Below are positions 59,101 to 64,000 of a stretch of DNA of 64,000 nt, piece after piece; within the stretch, counting starts at the first letter, position 1, and every line of letters begins with the position of its first letter. The position numbers and the translations under genes were made by a program. The DNA is taken from the IMG/VR virus record IMGVR_UViG_3300035703_000033, positions 45,616 to 109,615 of that record; one strand, 5' to 3'. A model generated the notes under the pieces. That model saw only the letters and a list, made by a program, of their open reading frames with translations, made no database searches and was not told the origin of the DNA. Origin of the DNA: a virus.

Positions 59101-59173
59101 GCCCTTATAGCCCAGCGGTAGAGGCGGTAGACTTAAAATCTATATAGCGTTGGTTCGAATCCAACTAGGGGCA
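59101..59173 (+). tRNA. tRNA-Leu(TAA), short variable arm
   Basis: GCCCTTA/TAGGGGC acceptor, GTAGA-CTTAAAA-TCTAT, GTTGG-TTCGAAT-CCAAC. Confidence 0.88.
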
Positions 59174-59209
59174 CAAATGATATAATTAACAAATAGAGAA
59201 GGAGCATAT

Positions 59210-59362
59210 ATGCCTTGGAATATTAAGCAGGGTGCAGCTGGTTGCAATGGGTATGCAGTTGTAAAAGATGATGGAAAACTAGTTGGCTGTCATGACTCTG
59301 AAACAAAAGCTAAAGCTCACTTAAGAGCATTATACGCTAGCGAAAACAAGAAAGAAAATTAA
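59210..59362 (+). CDS. 50-aa hypothetical protein (absent from ORF track)
   Basis: AAGGAG RBS; MPWNIKQGAAGCNGYAVVKDDGKLVGCHDSETKAKAHLRALYASE. Confidence 0.7.
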   Translation: MPWNIKQGAAGCNGYAVVKDDGKLVGCHDSETKAKAHLRALYASENKKEN

Positions 59363-60356
59363 AATTTCAAAAATATTTATTGCCATAACAAGCGCTAATG
59401 AAAAAGACTTAAAGCAAACTGTTTTGAGTGCTATAAAAAACTCAGATGATCCAGACAGTTTAGTTTTTGGTATTTTTGATTTATGTATGAATGGGTTCCC
59501 GCAAACAGATTTTACAGAATTTAAAAACGTTATATATATGCCAATGATTTTTAGCGGTACCCAAGGAATAGGATTAGCCCGACTTATAACATCTTCTATA
59601 ATAACTCCAGATTGTGATTATGTTTTACAGCTTGATTCTCATATGTTGTTTACTAAATCTTGGGATACAAAAATAAAAAATAGATATAAGGATTTAGAAT
59701 CTAAATATAACAAACCAATAATAAGTTCAAGATGTAATTATTGGGAATACGATAATGAAATGAATATAGTTGTAGATGGTAAAGTTGTTGAAGATATATA
59801 TAATTTTGAGTATAATAGTAATTCTCCTGTTTCAAAGTTAGTCTTTAAAGACTACCAGACTTCTTTATTTCAAGACGGATACCCAACTATAACTGGGATC
59901 GATACTGAAGAAATGGTATATGCTGAGCATAGCTTGATATCCGCACAGTTTACATTTAGTAGGCCAGATCTGTACTCAGAAATAGTTCATGACCCCAGAC
60001 TTCCTTGGGGAGGAGATGAGCCAATATATTCTCTAAGGGCATGGACAAGAGGCTATCAAATGTTTTCAATTCAAGATACAATATGTTTTCACTATAATAA
60101 GAACACCATGACTGCTGGTTATAATAAAGATAATCAAGAGGATTGGAGAAATTTAAAAAATAATGATAATAGGCTTTTTAAGCTATATCAAAAAAGATAT
60201 AATGATGGGCTGACTATAATGAAAGACATATTGCTTGGAAACTATTTGGGGTATTGGGGAGCTGAGTCTCTATCAGAATTAAAAGATTTTGAAAGTGCTT
60301 GCGGTATTAGTTTTAACGATTTTTATTCTACCAAAAAATCTGCTTTTATGATATAA
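59358..60356 (+). CDS. second GT60-like glycosyltransferase; start probably non-canonical, upstream of TTG 59424
   Basis: IFIAITS..DLKQTV, GIGLAR, YVLQLDSHMLF..WD, WGGDEP..SLRAWTRGY, CFHY; paralog of 31958-32857. Confidence 0.8.
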   Translation: MKISKIFIAITSANEKDLKQTVLSAIKNSDDPDSLVFGIFDLCMNGFPQTDFTEFKNVIYMPMIFSGTQGIGLARLITSSIITPDCDYVLQLDSHMLFTKSWDTKIKNRYKDLESKYNKPIISSRCNYWEYDNEMNIVVDGKVVEDIYNFEYNSNSPVSKLVFKDYQTSLFQDGYPTITGIDTEEMVYAEHSLISAQFTFSRPDLYSEIVHDPRLPWGGDEPIYSLRAWTRGYQMFSIQDTICFHYNKNTMTAGYNKDNQEDWRNLKNNDNRLFKLYQKRYNDGLTIMKDILLGNYLGYWGAESLSELKDFESACGISFNDFYSTKKSAFMI

Positions 60357-60361
60357 TAACT

Positions 60362-60417
60362 TTAGGTTGCCGAATGGGACCTAATTTAATTTATTCGCTT
60401 AAAGGAGGAATAAAATG
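60362..60417 (+). promoter_or_regulatory. ROSE-like RNA thermometer candidate in hsp20 5' UTR
   Basis: upstream hairpin TTAGGT..ACCTAA, then TTTATTC-G(bulge)-CTT/AAAG/GAG-GAATAAA sequestering SD; contains UCGCU. Confidence 0.55.
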
Positions 60418-60831
60418 GTAACACAGTTTGCCATGGATCTTTTTAATGATCCATTTTTTATAGGCTTTAACAGAGAGTTAAATCGCCTAAATCATGCACA
60501 TAAAATCAATTCACAATCATACCCACCATATGATCTTCTAAAATTAGATGAAGATACATATAGAATTTCTATTGCTGTTGCAGGTTTTTCAAAAGATGAT
60601 ATTGATGTTTCTGTTGATAATGGAACATTAGTTATCAAGGGTGAAATTGTTGAGGTAACAGATGCTGAAGTTGTTCATAAGGGAATTGCAGGTCGTAAAT
60701 TCACACGATCATTTGCCCTTGGTGAATATATGGAAGTAACTGGTGCAGAAATGAAGGATGGTATGCTACATATAAATGTAGATCGTATTATTCCAGAAGA
60801 AAAAAAGCCAAAGACAATTAAAATTAAGTAA
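60415..60831 (+). CDS. hsp20: small heat shock protein (Hsp20/IbpA family)
   Basis: SYPPYDL, IAVAGFSKDDI, HKGIAGRKFTRSF, MKDGMLHI, IPEEKKPKTIKI. Confidence 0.95.
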   Translation: MVTQFAMDLFNDPFFIGFNRELNRLNHAHKINSQSYPPYDLLKLDEDTYRISIAVAGFSKDDIDVSVDNGTLVIKGEIVEVTDAEVVHKGIAGRKFTRSFALGEYMEVTGAEMKDGMLHINVDRIIPEEKKPKTIKIK

Positions 60832-60842
60832 GGTATAATGGT

Positions 60843-60871
60843 AAGCACCTGAGTAAGTGTTTAAACTGCTC
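60843..60871 (+). ncRNA. candidate H-type pseudoknot in leader of 2OG-Fe(II) oxygenase gene
   Basis: S1 AAGCAC/GTGTTT, S2 GAGTA/TGCTC, AAAC linker, directly after GGTATAAT. Confidence 0.4.
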
Positions 60872-60888
60872 CATAAAGAGAGGACAGT

Positions 60889-61452
60889 ATGAATATAATT
60901 AATCATTCCGAAAGCATCTGGGAGTATCAAGACGTACACGATTCTATAGATGGTTTACTCGGCAATTTGATGTCTGGGTATTGGATGGATTATACTAATG
61001 TTGGCGGAGGCAATACTATTATTGGAGCCTCTACTGGACTTCATCCAGACTCTAAATACTATCATGAAGTTTTAAAAATTTTTACTAATTGCTTTACTGA
61101 TTATTTAAATAAAAAAGATATAGATATACCAATGGAAAATCTAGATGTGATGCCTATTCCAGATAGGGATTGGTTAGAGCAAAAATATTTTACAGTTAGA
61201 AGATATGACCCAGGCTCAGTAATGTTTCCACACGAAGATTATGGAGTTCCGTTGAGGCCAAAATATACAGCACTTCTTTATTTTAATGATAACTATGAAG
61301 GTGGAGAGATAGCTTTTCCAGACAAAAACATTTCCATAAAGCCTAAAAGAGGATCAGTAATAATTTTTCCAAGCATAACAATGCACGAAGTTAAGTTAAT
61401 GATAAGTGGTCAAAGATATTTGACATCATGCTACCTTTACGAAAAGAATTAA
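60889..61452 (+). CDS. 2OG-Fe(II) oxygenase (prolyl 4-hydroxylase-like)
   Basis: VRRYDPG..PHED, TALLYFNDNYEGGEIAF, KPKRGSVIIFPS, MHEV, GQRY. Confidence 0.88.
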   Translation: MNIINHSESIWEYQDVHDSIDGLLGNLMSGYWMDYTNVGGGNTIIGASTGLHPDSKYYHEVLKIFTNCFTDYLNKKDIDIPMENLDVMPIPDRDWLEQKYFTVRRYDPGSVMFPHEDYGVPLRPKYTALLYFNDNYEGGEIAFPDKNISIKPKRGSVIIFPSITMHEVKLMISGQRYLTSCYLYEKN

Positions 61453-61453
61453 T

Positions 61454-61630
61454 ATGCCAAGATATGAGTATGCATGTATTGAATGTGATTTTGGTATGGA
61501 AGTAACAAAGTCTTTTTCAGAAGCTGATTCTATTGAAATGTGTGAAAAATGTGGAAGCGTAATGAATAAAGTTTATAGCACATTTGGAATACAGTTCAAG
61601 GGCGGCGGCTTCTACTCAACTGGTGGTTAA
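61454..61630 (+). CDS. FmdB-family zinc-ribbon protein (absent from ORF track)
   Basis: MPRYEYACIEC..CEKCG..IQFKGGGFYSTG. Confidence 0.85.
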   Translation: MPRYEYACIECDFGMEVTKSFSEADSIEMCEKCGSVMNKVYSTFGIQFKGGGFYSTGG

Positions 61631-61688
61631 CTAAATCCTTCAATGATATAATTAACTTGTTATAAAAGTTATAACAAGGAGTTATCAG

Positions 61689-63725
61689 TTGACTAGGACT
61701 AAAGCATGGAGACTATCATTAGCCACAATTTTGGGATTTGGTTGGCTATTTCTAACTCCTGCCTATAGTGATGATCCACTAAGCTTAGCAGCTCAAGAGA
61801 TACAAAAATTAAACAATAGTGTAAATGATTTAAGCTATAAAGATGAGTTTAATTCTTTAATAAATATAGCAGAATCTAAATATAATGATGCAGTTAATGC
61901 AAAAACTGCTAAAAATAACGCATTTGCTGCATATGATACAGCAGTTGAAAATGAAGCAGCAGCGCTATCCACAAGAGATGCTGCACAGGTAGCAGTAGAT
62001 GGCCAGACCGTAGTGGTTGCAACAGCTTTAACTAATAAAAATAATGCTCAAGATTCTTTAGATATAGCAAACATAAATCTTCAAACAATTCAATCTGCAA
62101 TTCAAAATGCTGGCAGTTCAGGACTTCAATATACAGTATATCATCTTGTCAGGGGATTTAATGGAGTGGCAATTCCTGACGCATATATATGCAGCGGAAC
62201 GTGGAACTCTAACTCTATGAATCTACCAATTTGTGGGTATTATGAAGATATCGTTGTAAAGTTTACTGGACAAATAACTGTACCGTCTCATTGGACAGAA
62301 ACAAAGTTTGCAGGCTACACAGATGATGGCTTTAGAATGTACATTAACGGGCAAATTGCAATCAATAATTGGGTGGAGCAAGGGGCAACCTGGAGTCCCT
62401 ATTCCCCAATATATAATGTAACTAATGACAAGACTTTTGACGTAGAAATTTGGTGGTATAACGGTGGAGGCCCAGGATCCTATCATTTGGGCTGGGCAAT
62501 CCCTGGAGGATGGACTGGTGCAGGATGTGACTATACTGGAGGATGGGGAGTAGGTTTTAGTTGTAACTTAAACACATTTTCACATGGGTCTGGGCCAACA
62601 CAAGCACAAATTAATGAATATAACTCTGCATTAGAAGCACAGCAGGATGCACAAACAAATTATAATAATAAGCTTGCTATATACAATCAAGAAGTTCAAA
62701 ACCTCACAAGCCTTACACAAAACCTAACAACGGCTAATCAAAACCTAACAACGGCACAAACAAACCTAACAACTTCCCTAGCAAATAAAAATAATGCAAT
62801 AGCAACATATGATCAATCTATTATTGATTTAAATAATTCTATTGCTGATGCTTGGGATTATTATGAAGAACAAAAAGCAAGAGAAATTGCTACTGCATTA
62901 GCTCAAGCCGCCGCTGCTGCTGCAAATCAACCAGCTCCAGAGCCAAGTCCTGAAGTCACTATTGAGCCTTCTCCTCAACCATCTCCTGAGCAAACAGAAC
63001 AAGTTGATCCCACTCCAGAGCCAACGCCTGAAACCACAAATGAGGCGACTCCAGAGCCAAGCCCTGAGCCTGAGACTTCTCCAGAGCCTGAACCAGAGCC
63101 TTCACCTCAGCCAACGGATACAGATCCAGCCCCAACTCCTGAACCAGAGCCAGCTCCTGAACCAACTTTGGAAGAAACACAAGACAATGTTATCATAAAA
63201 GATGAAGACTTGAAAGAACTCATCCCAGAAAAAGGGGAGGGAACTGCAGAGGATCTTTCTGGAGTTATAGCTAATTTAACAAGTAAGGATAATAAATTAG
63301 TTAAATTAAGTACAGAGCAAATTGCTGCTGTTAGTAAAACTCTAATTGCCTTAACAAATGAAGCAAAGGCTGAGGTTGCACAAGATCTTGGAATTAAAGC
63401 AACTGAAGTTGCTGTAATTGCAGAGGCAATGAAATCTAATCCAGAATTGGCTACAGCGTTTGTTGAGTTTAAAGATAGAGAGGCAGAAGCAGGAGACTCC
63501 GCAATGCCCTACACACTAGCTGATGCAACTACAGAGGTACAAACGGAAGCATTTTTGGCGGATCCAATAGGAGCAATTTTAAATATAGATTTGAGTAAAG
63601 TTTTAAACCCATCTGAATGGGGTAAAGATATGACTGATGACCAACGAGAAAAAGCACAGGAAGTTGTAGTCCCAGTAATTATCGCATCAAATATTGTGGC
63701 AGCAGCCATGACTAGGAGGATATAA
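61689..63725 (+). CDS. exported surface protein: signal peptide, coiled coil, PA14 domain, Pro-rich stalk, C-terminal hydrophobic anchor
   Basis: N-terminal h-region plus AYS; FTGQITVP..TDDGFRMYING..WWYNGGG (PA14); PEP(S/T)P repeats; VVVPVIIASNIVAAAMTRR. Confidence 0.75.
   Translation: MTRTKAWRLSLATILGFGWLFLTPAYSDDPLSLAAQEIQKLNNSVNDLSYKDEFNSLINIAESKYNDAVNAKTAKNNAFAAYDTAVENEAAALSTRDAAQVAVDGQTVVVATALTNKNNAQDSLDIANINLQTIQSAIQNAGSSGLQYTVYHLVRGFNGVAIPDAYICSGTWNSNSMNLPICGYYEDIVVKFTGQITVPSHWTETKFAGYTDDGFRMYINGQIAINNWVEQGATWSPYSPIYNVTNDKTFDVEIWWYNGGGPGSYHLGWAIPGGWTGAGCDYTGGWGVGFSCNLNTFSHGSGPTQAQINEYNSALEAQQDAQTNYNNKLAIYNQEVQNLTSLTQNLTTANQNLTTAQTNLTTSLANKNNAIATYDQSIIDLNNSIADAWDYYEEQKAREIATALAQAAAAAANQPAPEPSPEVTIEPSPQPSPEQTEQVDPTPEPTPETTNEATPEPSPEPETSPEPEPEPSPQPTDTDPAPTPEPEPAPEPTLEETQDNVIIKDEDLKELIPEKGEGTAEDLSGVIANLTSKDNKLVKLSTEQIAAVSKTLIALTNEAKAEVAQDLGIKATEVAVIAEAMKSNPELATAFVEFKDREAEAGDSAMPYTLADATTEVQTEAFLADPIGAILNIDLSKVLNPSEWGKDMTDDQREKAQEVVVPVIIASNIVAAAMTRRI
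62930..63170 (+). repeat. imperfect PEP(S/T)P-coding repeats
   Basis: recurrent CCAGAGCC/CCTGAGCC units. Confidence 0.75.
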
Positions 63726-63922
63726 TGAAAATAATAAAGGGCTTTATAAATTGGCTCTGGGAAGCAATTAAGGAGAGTATTGCTCAGGTTTGGACCCTCC
63801 TTGGATTCTTTATTGCCTGGCTTACCCTGACTGGAACAGCTCAAGACGTGGTTGGAGTAGCAACCATAGCAGCCACTGTTATATGGCTACTAACAATACC
63901 TCTTCGAAAAGAAGAGGAATAA
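63725..63922 (+). CDS. small two-TM membrane protein
   Basis: WTLLGFFIAWLTLTG..VVGVATIAATVIWLLTIPL; AGGAGG RBS. Confidence 0.75.
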   Translation: MKIIKGFINWLWEAIKESIAQVWTLLGFFIAWLTLTGTAQDVVGVATIAATVIWLLTIPLRKEEE

Positions 63923-63938
63923 ATGCTATAATCTAACT

Positions 63939-64000
63939 ATGAAAAAATTAATTAGTATTGCCACGGCAGGCGTAGTAATGCTATCATTGACTAGTTGCGG
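63939..64000 (+). CDS. lipoprotein, truncated by window end
   Basis: MKKLISIATAGVVMLSLTSC with lipobox; TGCTATAAT upstream. Confidence 0.6.
   Translation, partial: MKKLISIATAGVVMLSLTSC

Noticed and set aside
578-63844. All minus-strand ORFs in the track (e.g. 6419-7057, 212 aa)
   Set aside because: They are antisense shadows of well-supported + strand genes, with no motifs or RBS of their own.
1-64000. Alternative genetic code (stop-codon reassignment)
   Set aside because: Genes tile densely under code 11, all three stops end real genes, and there is no suppressor tRNA.
1-64000. Prophage or host chromosome boundary
   Set aside because: No integrase, att-like repeat or run of host housekeeping genes; host-like genes are embedded in phage context.

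Overview
The whole window is a 64-kb, AT-rich, densely packed, entirely + strand segment of a large tailed dsDNA phage (long-tailed siphovirus type). Its gene content and order resemble large actinobacteriophages (DnaE-type polymerase, RecA, Cas4-like nuclease, RuvC-like resolvase, FmdB, Hsp20, terminase far from portal). A low-GC, possibly freshwater, actinobacterial host is my inference only. Order: 2OG-Fe(II) oxygenases and a LamG protein (0-3.8 kb); head module (portal, protease/scaffold, major capsid); neck and tail module with a -1 frameshifted chaperone and a 2164-aa tape measure; minor tail and fibre genes to ~34 kb; replication/recombination module (34-48 kb); CysC-like fusion and terminase (48-53 kb); then a tRNA-punctuated accessory region (53-64 kb). 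No integrase, CRISPR array, reverse transcriptase or intein was seen. The most interesting signal is a candidate phage-encoded, eukaryote-like protein O-glycosylation system. Two GT60/Skp1-GlcNAc-transferase-like genes each sit close to a plausible substrate: a tail fibre with mucin-like Thr15/Thr11 tracts and a Cys-rich tip, and a Pro/Thr/Ser-rich PA14 surface protein. The window also holds five intact prolyl-hydroxylase-like oxygenases, a carbamoyltransferase, three SGNH-like proteins and an APS-kinase fusion. Further cis-acting signals are a ROSE-like RNA thermometer before hsp20, an H-type pseudoknot leader, a nested scaffold start, a likely non-AUG start, and four tRNAs all ending in CAA. 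All family calls are from motif recognition by eye, not database searches.
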